NCBI GenBank assembly: GCA_965655095.1
Contig: OZ296649.1
Span: forward strand, 87,854,001 to 87,918,000
DNA from: Haplodiscus bocki
Taxonomy: Eukaryota
DNA length: 64,000 nucleotides
Direction: 5' to 3'
Part shown: piece after piece, positions 53,701 through 64,000 of the stretch
Layout of the letters: each line of letters begins with the position of its first letter
Numbering within the stretch: the stretch's first letter is position 1
Translations under genes and position numbers: made by a program
Notes under the pieces: model-generated
The model's input: only the letters and a program-made list of their open reading frames with translations
Told to the model about the DNA's origin: nothing
The model's database searches: none

Positions 53701-54049
53701 GACGCAGACAAGTTATGGAAATGCGGAAGAAAAAAAAACGAAGTTTTAGATGGTTGTAGCCAATCGTATTGGAGCAGCAATTCTGATCCTTGTTGCTGAT
53801 CTTGAGCGCAAACCCAGAGATAAGCTCAAAAGCAAGTATATCTCTCCCTGAAGATATATGAAGCGATTTACGAACTTAATACGTTCTTATCTGGAGTGAA
53901 AATGTACAACTGCATTCTACGAACAGTTTGACCTGGATAAAAGCAACAACTTGAATTTCAACTTCAGCCTCAATTCATTAAACAAATATTAGTGAACAGC
54001 TAAAATAAGAATAAACTGTAGTATCTGCTTACCTTTCATAAAGTACGTC
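29501..54049. repeat. Tandem satellite array: 39 complete monomers of about 624 bp plus a partial, with higher-order repeats
   Basis: The anchor TCTCCCTGAAG recurs from about 29503 to about 53843 (24340 bp = 39 x 624.1). The ORF track repeats at 622-625 bp spacing. Confidence 0.99.
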
Positions 54050-54151
54050 CTTTATCGTTCACATACTACTTTGAAGTTAAAGTAAATGTCTGCGTGCTGA
54101 AGCCAGTATTCGTGGAGAAAAACATTAGTGAGCCCTTCTGTATCAGCAGTC

Positions 54152-56200
54152 TGAAAAACATGCTACACGCGGCAGGCTGCACATCCTCCTCACAGGGTTA
54201 AAATTGGTCCAACATATTAAACAAAAAGCGTCTAAATCAGCAGCAAGAGGAGAAAAGAAGTCCAACTGAGGTCAATCTATTGCATTCAAGACCACATCGA
54301 CTAATTGAGAATTTAAAAAAGTCACATTTGATGGCTTGTGGAAATGAAAGAAGACAATCGTCTTTCTTAAACAACAGCGACAATTTCTGGGTCTTTAAAA
54401 ACATGTCGCCGAATCAAACGGCTGGGCTGTAGATAAGTTTTGGAAGTGCAGAGGAAAGTTTTTCAATTTTTCAACCAGATGTAGCCAATCGCATTGGAGC
54501 AGCAATTCTGATCGTTATCACTGATCTTGAGCGCAAACCCAGAGATAAGCTCAGAAACGTGTTCATGCTGTACCCTCCAATTACTTGTGCCATTAGTTGC
54601 ATCTAGTCTTCCTTATCCATATCTCAGTCTTCTCAGAGATTTTTGAAAGGTAGAACCATTTTTGAGATCTTCGGGAAAATACTCTGCAAGTACATTGAAT
54701 ATTTTGGCGCCAAAAAACGTTCTGGAAAATCTAGACTCCCAGAAACCTTTCGTTTGAAAAGTGAGGCGGCATTCATTTTCAGTACATGCTGTTTTGAGAT
54801 CGATGTATTCCCGTTCCAATTCCTGGAGTTTTGTCTCTCTCCACTTCAAGGTCAAAGGAAAGGTCTCATGATTCCTGCAAATGGCAAACGTACCTCGTCA
54901 GGTTTTTGGTTTTAGACTCTTTTTTCACAATGCAGGAGGTCATTAACTCTATGAGTTTCCGAGCAGGGCCATTGCGAGTGTATAACTTGCGTTCTTCGTC
55001 TCCTAACTCTTACCTTTTCGCAAGACTATCATGACTCTCCAAGTTGGTGTGGTTGAAACCGTATTGCTTCATAAACAAGGCCGCAAGCCAGTTTTTTTGT
55101 CCTATGATGGAAAAATTAGGACAATTTTTTGTTGAGTTTTCTCACGCTCGGTTGTTAGGGCGGTGGTTTTTGGCCTCTGCAAGTTCTGTTTTTATTACAA
55201 AATCTGGTGTTTTGCTTCAGACTGTTTTCAGCGGGCAGCCGTGACGTCGTCATCATCCATCTGTGGTCGTACAACTTTCGACCAGTCCAGGTCATCGCTC
55301 CTATCATGCCGCATCAGGATGCTCCAGCCAAACTTATTAGAGGAAAGAGAGAAGAGCGTCACTTGGTGGCTGTGACAAAGCAAAGGCCGGCTACATTCGG
55401 GATCAGTTTTTGTTTTATCAAGAGTTTCGCTGTTGTCGAAGCTCCTTTCAATGTCTGGCTCTAAGAACCACCGCCTACGTTGGACACCTCTGGTTAAAGC
55501 ATTATAAACATTTTCAGTTAATTTTCTGCGTGTTGTGCGAAGTTGCCAAAACTTTGCGTTTACTCCGAAAAAGTCTTCCACTCGAAGTTTCTCGACGCGT
55601 GTGTTGATGCTATAACGGATCCAAAGGCATGTTGTCTCTCTTTCATTTCTATGTCCAGGTTGAGGAACATATTCCGGTCCTTTTATGTGACACTCTGAAT
55701 TTACGACAGTTGGATCTCAACGAGAGAAAAGTGTCTGGAAACTCATTTTTTTGAAAAAAACAAAGCGGGAAGCAGCGCTGCGATATTTTACGTAGGCAGT
55801 GAGTCGAAAAAACCTCAAAACTGTAAAACAAAAGCATCTAGGGTGCACGAAGGCACGCTATTAGTTCATTATTTACCTTTTTGGACAACAACGGTTGTCT
55901 TCTGATTTGTCCTTTGCGTGGTCACAGGAACATTTTGACCCTGAAGTTTTTTCTCAAACTTCGTAAATTATTGTGTTGTTCTCGGACTATGAACCTGTGG
56001 AGTGTTTTTGGTTGCTGGTGTTGATAAAACTGCAGTCTACGTGTCCACTGAATCAATTTGGGATGTTTTTTCCGAAAAAAACTTCAGTTTCTTTTTTCTA
56101 CATAGCGTTACATTCTCCAGGCATCGGGCGTTTACCTCCAGCTATGCTAAAGTAACTTCAAAGTACAGACAACTGCACACATAAATCGGCAGCAACGCAA
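54152..56200 (-). mobile_element. Decayed CRE-like non-LTR retrotransposon (RT C-terminus, zinc finger, restriction-like endonuclease); its 3' end is the parent of the satellite
   Basis: - strand remnants NVYNALTRGVQ, LFSLS..KFG, KNWLAALFMKQYGFN, LLHCEK...DEVRLPFAGIMRD, CRLTFQTKGFWESRFSRTFFGAKIFN and FALKISD...AIGYI match the CRE-clade pattern (ASxWLxxLP, HxxxCxxGG..RH, ARLDI.A.GFW...FFDV..F). The upstream boundary is uncertain. Confidence 0.75.
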
Positions 56201-57422
56201 GCAGCTTCAATACGGACTGACTCCGGATTCTCCAACCTCACCTTTCCTTCACTTCTCTCCCACTTTTCAAGCGGGATATCATGCGTGTTAGTGGAAAAAC
56301 CTTACTCGACAGCTCCAGCAACTTCAGAGATGAGCCGACATCTTCTACAACCACAATACTCTCCTCCGTATTGACTTACAAAACTTTCCTGTCGTTCAAA
56401 TTGAAACACGTGGCTATCAGACTACGAAGCTACTACATGGTGCATTTACATACTTTATCCCATACCCTAGAGTTTTCTAAATTTGATGAATTTGTCTGCC
56501 AGCAAAAACATCAGCATGACATTTCAAGGACACGTTGAGGAATGGAACTCAAATTTTCCTCCTTTCAAATTTTCAATTCTTTGTCGTGTTTAAACACTAA
56601 CATCCTTTAGAGCACACTTAATGTCACTTAACTTCATCATTTTACCCTTCACGGCTGACACTGCAAAGCAGTTCCCACCTCAAAAGAAAACTTCGGAACG
56701 TTTCCGTATTTGCCCCGTCACTTCACAAAGTCCCTTTGGTAAATTCAATGGTTTCTATCGACAAACATAAATCTTCACTTACGAAATGATTCAATTCATA
56801 TGATTGGCTACCTCGCGGCAATTGTGTTTTCTATATGGAACAGCCGTGAACAGCAGAACCCAATGAAAAAACGGGGAAAAGATTCACCATAGAATGTCCT
56901 TTCTTAAAAAGGAGGAGTGTCGCAGCATGCCTGCGAAACCTGGGGATAAGAGTTGAAGCAGAAAAGAATATTCCCAGACCCTCAAAGGAATTGATGAACT
57001 GTAACTAAAACACAATAAACTTCATATTCTATGTTTGTGCTAATTTTCATGTTCCTGAGCCGTATCACATACGGATCATTGTAGTTAACTCATCCGGAAC
57101 AATACGGAATCGTTATGGAAAAAACGGATATTCACAGAGCTTTTCATTCTAAAAGGTGCTATATTTGTTCTATTTTATTCATTTTATTTGATATAAAACT
57201 ACCTCTTAGGTGTAATTGATTTGATTTACTGTGCTAAAGTGCTTTCAAATTGACGCTGTCGATGTTTTAGAATAACGCTACTGCAGTAAAGCGTGAAAAA
57301 CTCCAAGAGTGAAGATTTTTTCCGTACGCGTTCCGTCGCCACTAGTCTGGCGACGTCACAATCATTCCTATAGCTATACTGTACTGCAGTGCTGTGGTGA
57401 ATACGGAGTAGTTCCGCAATCA

Positions 57423-57685
57423 CTCCTCATTCGAGCACAGCCTGCCTCAACTACTAGACGCTAGGGAATTATTCGGAAACCACTAGTAGCTACTCGTCTA
57501 AATGAGGAGTAAACTAATATTGCTACTAGCGTCTCCTCATTTCTGAAGAGATATACTACTACTAATAAATGAGAATTATCCGGAAGCCACTAGTCTCTAC
57601 TCATATGAATTACGATTAAAACTAGTAGTGCTACTTGTTTCTCCTCATTCGTAAAGAGTAATGGGTTATGAACTACTGAGTGAAT
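57423..57685. repeat. Degenerate ~109-bp minisatellite (about 2.5 units) with an internal inverted motif
   Basis: CTCCTCATT at 57423, 57533 and 57641; its reverse complement AATGAGGAG at 57501; shared GAATTAT.CGGAA.CCACTAGT. Confidence 0.75.
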
Positions 57686-58269
57686 GATGATGATATGTGC
57701 ATGAAATACCTTGAATAATTTATAATTACCATCATTTTTAGTTTTCCATACATACTACTTTAGATTTATAAAACTTTTGATTTTCCAAAAAAGGAATTAT
57801 TCAATTTTTACAATTATGGAATAAACATTATTTCATTTGTAAGCTTTATGTTGGCGCGGGAATATACACTATGATATGCATCTCTGATGGCTGAGGTCCG
57901 TCTATTTTCTGTCGAAAGATGAAAAGAACGCGTCGTATCAGGGAAGTAATGGATGAAAAAGTTGTTTAAATCCCGCCAAAGTCAGCATTCAGACTTTGTT
58001 GTTTTAATAATGTAAGTAGTTTTCCCTATTTGTACCTTGACTTGCCGTGTATACAATTATGATTCCTGCCAAGGAAAAGGTATAAAAAGGAGAAATGAAA
58101 GTACAAGAGCACAATTGTTATTATCATTTTGTAGTACTGATGATAATTCCCAGTATTGTTAATTCCCTACGTTGTATTATTGGAAACTGTTAAAAAACGC
58201 AAATTGATTTTCCTTCAGCAAAAAGCTAATCAAGTTTTAACCGCTGATCATTAATTTTCCCCCTAGAAA

Positions 58270-58670
58270 ATGGTAACTTTGAGGAATAAAAAAAAATTGC
58301 AGCACTAAACACGGAAAATTGTGAGTAACATCCAAGTAGCAACTTGGCACAAAACTCAAACGTTCCCAGATCACAGGAAGACTACATCGCTCAAGCTTCT
58401 GAGGATATTGTGTGTAGAGTCACGAAGAAATTGTCCAAGGAGCTCTGTAGGACAGAAAACGGCATTTTAGGTGCTCTATCCCGTCTTGACGACTTTTTCA
58501 TGAACTCGTCATTTCAAGACCACTCCGGAACCGCTCCGGAGACGTTCCGGAACGCATATGGCGCAAACAAGGGAACGAATTAGGCCAACTCGCAGAGTGA
58601 TCCTCATCCTGAGGCAGGCATTTTTCAGAGCCAGACTACGCACAACTCTACCCCAGAACATGGCCACGAC
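58270..58670 (+). other. Degenerate ORF fragment, probably TE-derived
   Basis: MVTLRNKKK(fs)...NLAQNSNVPRSQEDYIAQASEDIVCRVTKKLSKEL...ILGALSRLDDF is protein-like but has a frameshift and a stop. No diagnostic domain. Confidence 0.35.
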
Positions 58671-61099
58671 AATATCATTTTCGGTAAGAAACTCTTTTGA
58701 CCTTATTAAACTGCGTCCACTGCTAAGTCTCAAACAAAAATTAGTTGTCTGATTCTTCGAGACATTTTTCGAAAGTGGACTTTTCCGTTATTTGACGCAA
58801 ATCAATTTGCAAATCGAAAATCAAATCAAGTCTTCTGGAATCTTTTTGCAAAGAAGTCTTTTGTTCAACACTATCATCAATCGAGTGCTTCTTTTCCTCG
58901 TGCAGTTAACGTACCACGTTTTTGACGGCGTCGAACTTTCCTTTTCTTGCCATACATTCTGAGTCTGAATTGCAATTCAGCTCAAATTTCACATGGGAAT
59001 GAAATTTTTGTTGACTTTGCTAATTTTCGAAATTCGAAATATTGGATGATTTTGACAAATATTTAAAGTGTGGGTTGGCGAGGATAGGTTGAAACAGCGT
59101 TTTTATGCTTCACCAAAATTTTTGGTCAGAAAAATTGTAACGACTGATTTTACGTATGAAACGAATATATTCTACGAATATATTTCTTTCGATGTTTTTC
59201 TGATTGAATCGTTGCATTCCCAAGTTTTTGAGCGCCAAGTTCAATTCAGGAAGTGAGAACTTAGGTCACGAAAATCGCGAAACATTTAGCTAAAACTTTT
59301 GATGTTGCCATGCCATGATCATGCAAAAGCTTACTTGAGATTTGCCAAAATCATGTAAAACCTACCAAGGCTTCAACCAACGGGTTAGTTGGACGAAACC
59401 TTTTTATATCTTTTAGTAACATTCAGATTTCTTTCAACCAGACAGTTTTCCGTAATGCGTTGTCAATTGGTTTCTCATTGCACACAACCATTCTTCCTCC
59501 TACAGAAGAAATTAGCCCTTTTTTGTTGTCCCTGTAGGGAAGTTTAATCAAAACGCACAACGTGTGATAGACGAACGTCTCGCAACTGTACAAATAAACA
59601 TTTTCTTAGTTCGTTCACCTACAACCCGTACACGTGATGGTTTATAAAGCAAAAAAAACCAAAGTGGAGCAAAGTCTAAAGCAACAAGATATGCGATTTC
59701 GGAAACGCTCAAAATAAATTTTTTGGTAAAATATTTCCTGTCCCAGATTTATGAGAGCGGACTGCGTTTAATTTGAAGCAGCATCTATTTGAGCGTATTG
59801 GTTGGAGCGTTCTGTTTTTCGAGAACTTGGAAAGCAAGGTAATAATTGGCCATATTGCAATTTTTCGTCTTTCGTAAAGTTTTCGCTGAGAAGTTATTAG
59901 CAGAAACCACTTGAAGGCACCGCAAACATTCAGAGCAAATTGTTATAGCTTATTAGCTTCTGTACAACATGCATGCAAGTAAATGGCTCCTCAAGTAACT
60001 TTATTCATATTATACGCCTGATCCACTCGAAGACACTTGTCTGGAGATTCAAATACGTTAGCAATCAAGTCGTTTTGACAATGCCAATGGTGCAAAGAGT
60101 CGAGGCTGTTGTTTGTGGCAGCTTGGCTTATTGCTGCTTGTAGGTATTGAATGGAAAAGAGTTGTTTGTCCGCTTATGCGGTTGCATTTTCTGTGCATAA
60201 AAACTTCACAAAAGTTTTTTGTTTGTGCTATAATGGAAGAGCAACTAGTATTTAAATTAGGTCAAGAAAGGTCAAAAACTGTTTGACACGAGAGACAATT
60301 CATTTATTTGTGAAAAAAGTGAGTAGCACGGATTGATTTTTTTCCAAAATGTCGTCAAAAACTGTTCCCAAATGTTTAGAAACTTTGTCAGTTGGGAGAG
60401 GCACGAAGGGTTGAAAAATGCATGAGAATGACTTCGAACGCCAAAAAACTTATATACCAAGCAGCAATTAATTAACAAATCTTTCAAAGGCTGAAGGTTT
60501 TCCGCAGATGTGAAGAGGAGGCGTTACCAAGTCCAAAAACGTTCATTTCTTTGCGTGTAATTTGGTCATAATGGCGATATCGTGAACAATCGAATAGTTT
60601 GAAGACAATCTGCTTGAATACACGTTTTTATATTTCATGAAAAACAACTATCTTATTGTAGATTTTTCCCAACAAGCATTGAAAATAAATATATCATCCT
60701 AAGGGACTTGCATATATCCTATTCATCATAGTTATCCTTTCAAAAATAGTCAGTTTTCATGAATTTCATGCACAAACGAAATTTATGTTTTCCTTACAAA
60801 GGTATTCCTCCTAAAAAAAGAAGTACCGTAACCCCAGCCATACCGTATTTTTCTGTTTAGTGCTGTTTCAGAAGATAATCTCATCAATCCTTTGGGCGGC
60901 TATGAAGAAACCAAACCATTGTAGCTCACCACTCAAGTGAAGCTTGTCAGACAAAATGTCTACAATATTTGTTGCCGACACAGTCATGGGGAACAAAACA
61001 GTCAGTCTGCGTCTTGATGTGATTAAAGTCAATTTGCAGGTTGGTAAAGTTGAAACAAATGTCAACAATGTCACTTACACAGAATATTGTGGTACACTA

Positions 61100-63410
61100 G
61101 ACAATGCTGATAACAAAGAGCCACTGCCTGTGGGTTATTAATTGCCCTGCGTATTGCCGGAAGTTGTGGGTGGTGAAACAACCGGAGCATTGACAGGCCT
61201 CACCACTATTGATTTCGGACGTTGTGTTTCGATGCTTCTCAACTACATTGCTATGGTACGTTGACTTTCAGCTCGTTTGGTCATGATTTGAGTCAGTTCC
61301 TTGTTGAGGCGCTTTGTTGCTGATAAACAATTTGCTCTGTTATTCTTATGGTAAGAACACTCTCGACGTCAGTGATCAGCATGACTTTTTTTGAGCAACG
61401 ACCCAATTCTCGATGCTGTTCTCTACAATCGTGTTCTCGAACCAAAGCCCAGCTCCAAAGTCATCTCTCAGGCTACGGATTCATCATGGGAGTGGAATGT
61501 ACAATCAAACTACTCGATATTTTCAACGATTTTGGCCACTGCCCTAGCTTGATTAGGCGTACGCAACCGAGGAGGAGAAGATACAAAACGGGCTTGATCC
61601 TTCGATTACGAGTCGTCAAATTCACAAGTAGGGGACAGCATGAATTATCTGTGGGCCATTCTTTTCTACAAGAGCATTGCATGTGTGGATTATTGAGCTT
61701 ATTCTTGAAAACCCTTTGGTTGTTGGTCTACATGTTAGGAGAATTGATCGTCCCCACGAGTACCGCAACGCAGTTTTGGAAACATGGTGTCGTTTTATGT
61801 GAACTAAAGGTTTCCAAGTTTTACAAAAATTTACGAAAAGACATTGTGAGCTGTGCTAATCACCAGGGGAGTACGAATGAATTGGGCTCAGTGGCTTCCA
61901 ATATAATGGAGTGGAGATTTCGCAACTGGTGGATAGGACGTTTTTAGGGTATTAGGGGAAGGCCATTTTGAAACGTCGCATTTGTGGGGTCAAAGTTTTA
62001 TTTGGGTCTTTGTTTGAGCATGGAAAGGCTGATTGGCTCACTAGTGAAAGGTAAGATTCAAAAATGACTCAAAGTTAAATCAAAAAGAAGACCACCGGCA
62101 ACCTCTGAAAAATTGACACGGAGATATAACTACGATCAGACGTTTTAAGTTTTTCAGATTTGCACGTCAGATTGCAGTTTGTAAGTTCCACTGTAAAATC
62201 CAAATAGTGAACGTCTTGATGCCTACAAAAAGGTTTCCAGTATTTATGAAGTTATGAACCATCGGAGGGAGAACAAGAAGGCAGGGGCAGAGCAACTTCA
62301 TGCGTTCTAAATCGTCAATTTGAAGCCAAAGTACCATAAGCTGGTAACGCTTGTTGTAAGGAAAATAGTGTAAACAATAGGATGTCTCATCAAAACTGGA
62401 CCGGCAACTTCCTGTCAATGATTCCAGGCTCGCTCTAATTAGTAAAAAATCTTGATTTATAAAATATACGGACACGCGCCAGATTCCGTGGTTCGACTAT
62501 ATCAAAACAGGGACATCATGTACACATCTAGACTATATGTTCAAACAATTGGTTGCTTCTATTCAGCCCAGTAGCAGATCGTGGTGTTCCAAATCTCTCT
62601 GACTTACACACGGAAGATTGTTAGCAGTTCTTTCATCAAAAGGACTTTCTTAAACCACCTAAAAGTGGACACGCGAAAATTCTGGCGGATAGTTCTGATG
62701 GTCTGGTTTGTTCCTCCGTTTCGAAAAGGACCCACTAATAGCTCTGTTTTAAGGATGATAAAAAAGCTGGTTTCAGATACAGTAATGGGGTATCGTATCA
62801 GTATATGCCACTAATCAGTAGGATTTTGAACAGTCAAGGCCTCGAACTACACTTAGCTTTGCAAAACATCTCGGAGAACTAAAAACGTGGTTTTAACCCG
62901 CTCGGACGCAATTGTCTTGTATTTTGTGGAAAAAGAGACAAATTTGAGTATCTGTATGAAAAAACTTAGAAGGCTAGCCTTTATATGTGGTAATTGATGT
63001 AATAAAAGGTAAGAGACATCTTCAAATACGGTCTGTCCAAGACAACAAACCATATCAACCTATTACGTCCAAAAACAATCAAATTTGGCATGTGCAAACA
63101 CTTGAAACTCAAGACTTTCCCACTTTTAACTACTTTCAACAGGTTTATTTGCTGAAGGTTGAATTTTCAAAGTTAAAATTGTAGCCAAAGTTTTCGGCTG
63201 ATAGCGAACAAGTTTTTCAGGAAATGATTAACAATTTAGTTTGCCTGTACTGACACATTTTGAACAGAACAAGTTGCAGTTCACGAAGAAATACATTTGC
63301 ATGTCTGAACAACTTTTGGCAGAATGCCAACAAAAGGTATTTGGCAGATCGCGAATTCTTCCTGACACTATTTGAAATAACCTAAAAAATCAAAAATATG
63401 TCCATCTGAC
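61100..63410 (+). mobile_element. Possible very old Gypsy-like gag/protease debris
   Basis: Only weak resemblance in broken frames (e.g. CKIQIVN, KKLVSDT) to the protease-RT spacer; no intact motif. Confidence 0.2.
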
Positions 63411-63416
63411 CTTTGA

Positions 63417-63616
63417 NNNNNNNNNNNNNNNNNNNNNNNNNNNNNNNNNNNNNNNNNNNNNNNNNNNNNNNNNNNNNNNNNNNNNNNNNNNNNNNNNNNN
63501 NNNNNNNNNNNNNNNNNNNNNNNNNNNNNNNNNNNNNNNNNNNNNNNNNNNNNNNNNNNNNNNNNNNNNNNNNNNNNNNNNNNNNNNNNNNNNNNNNNNN
63601 NNNNNNNNNNNNNNNN
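63417..63616. other. Assembly gap (200 N)
   Basis: Exactly 200 N, consistent with a fixed-size scaffolding gap. Confidence 0.99.
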
Positions 63617-64000
63617 AACTGAAGAGAGATTTAGACTGATAAAACACCTAATTACTATGTTGGAATCCTGATAGTCCCAAACAGTTCAAGACTGCTTTCA
63701 ATTTTCACATGATTTGATTTGCAACTCCATCTTCTCAATCACTATTGGCTGGTCTTTTTTCCTCAATATCTTGACCGGCAACATTTTTTTGCGAAAAATC
63801 AAGACGAAAGATAATTTGTTTGTTCTTGTTAGAAACCTGATAATCACAAAATGCCATAATGTGATTATTGTATGGACATACCTCGACATTCAAGTTCGAA
63901 CTTCTTTAAAACTATCATTTTCATTCTTCCAGGAAAAGTCCCAGTCAACTAAGTTTTACGGCGAAAAAATTTAAAAAATCATGCACTCTATTTTGTCGGA

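Noticed and set aside
29501-54049. Array as a CRISPR locus, tandem gene family or RNA-gene cluster
   Set aside because: No repeat-spacer structure and no cas genes. The 60-98 aa ORFs change frame with a variable poly-A run and are CRE remnants. No tRNA, 5S, snRNA or SL motif was recognised; GAAGTTTTTGG is not a proper Sm site.
61348-61947. 199-aa ORF, the longest in the track
   Set aside because: No domain motif and atypical composition; likely a chance frame in decayed repeat DNA.
63390-63647. ORFs spanning the N run
   Set aside because: Artefacts of the assembly gap.

Overview
Eukaryotic (animal-type) nuclear DNA: AT-rich, almost entirely repeats, with spliceosomal introns and a 200-N gap at 63417-63616. 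No prokaryotic operon, rRNA, tRNA or CRISPR is supported. Layout: (1) 1-10.5 kb is a decayed Ty3/Gypsy LTR retrotransposon (- strand) that carries an OARD1/TARG1-type macrodomain downstream of its integrase. (2) 4.8-26 kb is a nest of local duplications (a 6.64-kb tandem duplication plus partial third copies) built from Gypsy, CR1-group LINE and Helentron-like (HINE) pieces. (3) Inside this nest, and missed by the ORF track, is an intact 4-exon mitochondrial ferredoxin (adrenodoxin, FDX1-type) gene at 20472-21415 (-), with an orphan diverged copy of its last exon. (4) An old L2-type LINE (+, about 23.0-29.7 kb) has a CR1-group LINE nested in its PHD finger. (5) 29.5-54.5 kb is a tandem array of 39 monomers of about 624 bp with local 3-, 4- and 5-mer higher-order repeats. 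The monomer is a tail-to-tail fusion of the 3' end of the L2 on its left and the 3' end of a CRE-like LINE on its right, so the satellite appears to have arisen in place with both parent elements still attached. (6) The rest is a decayed CRE-like element and older repeat debris. All family calls come from motifs read by eye, not from database searches.
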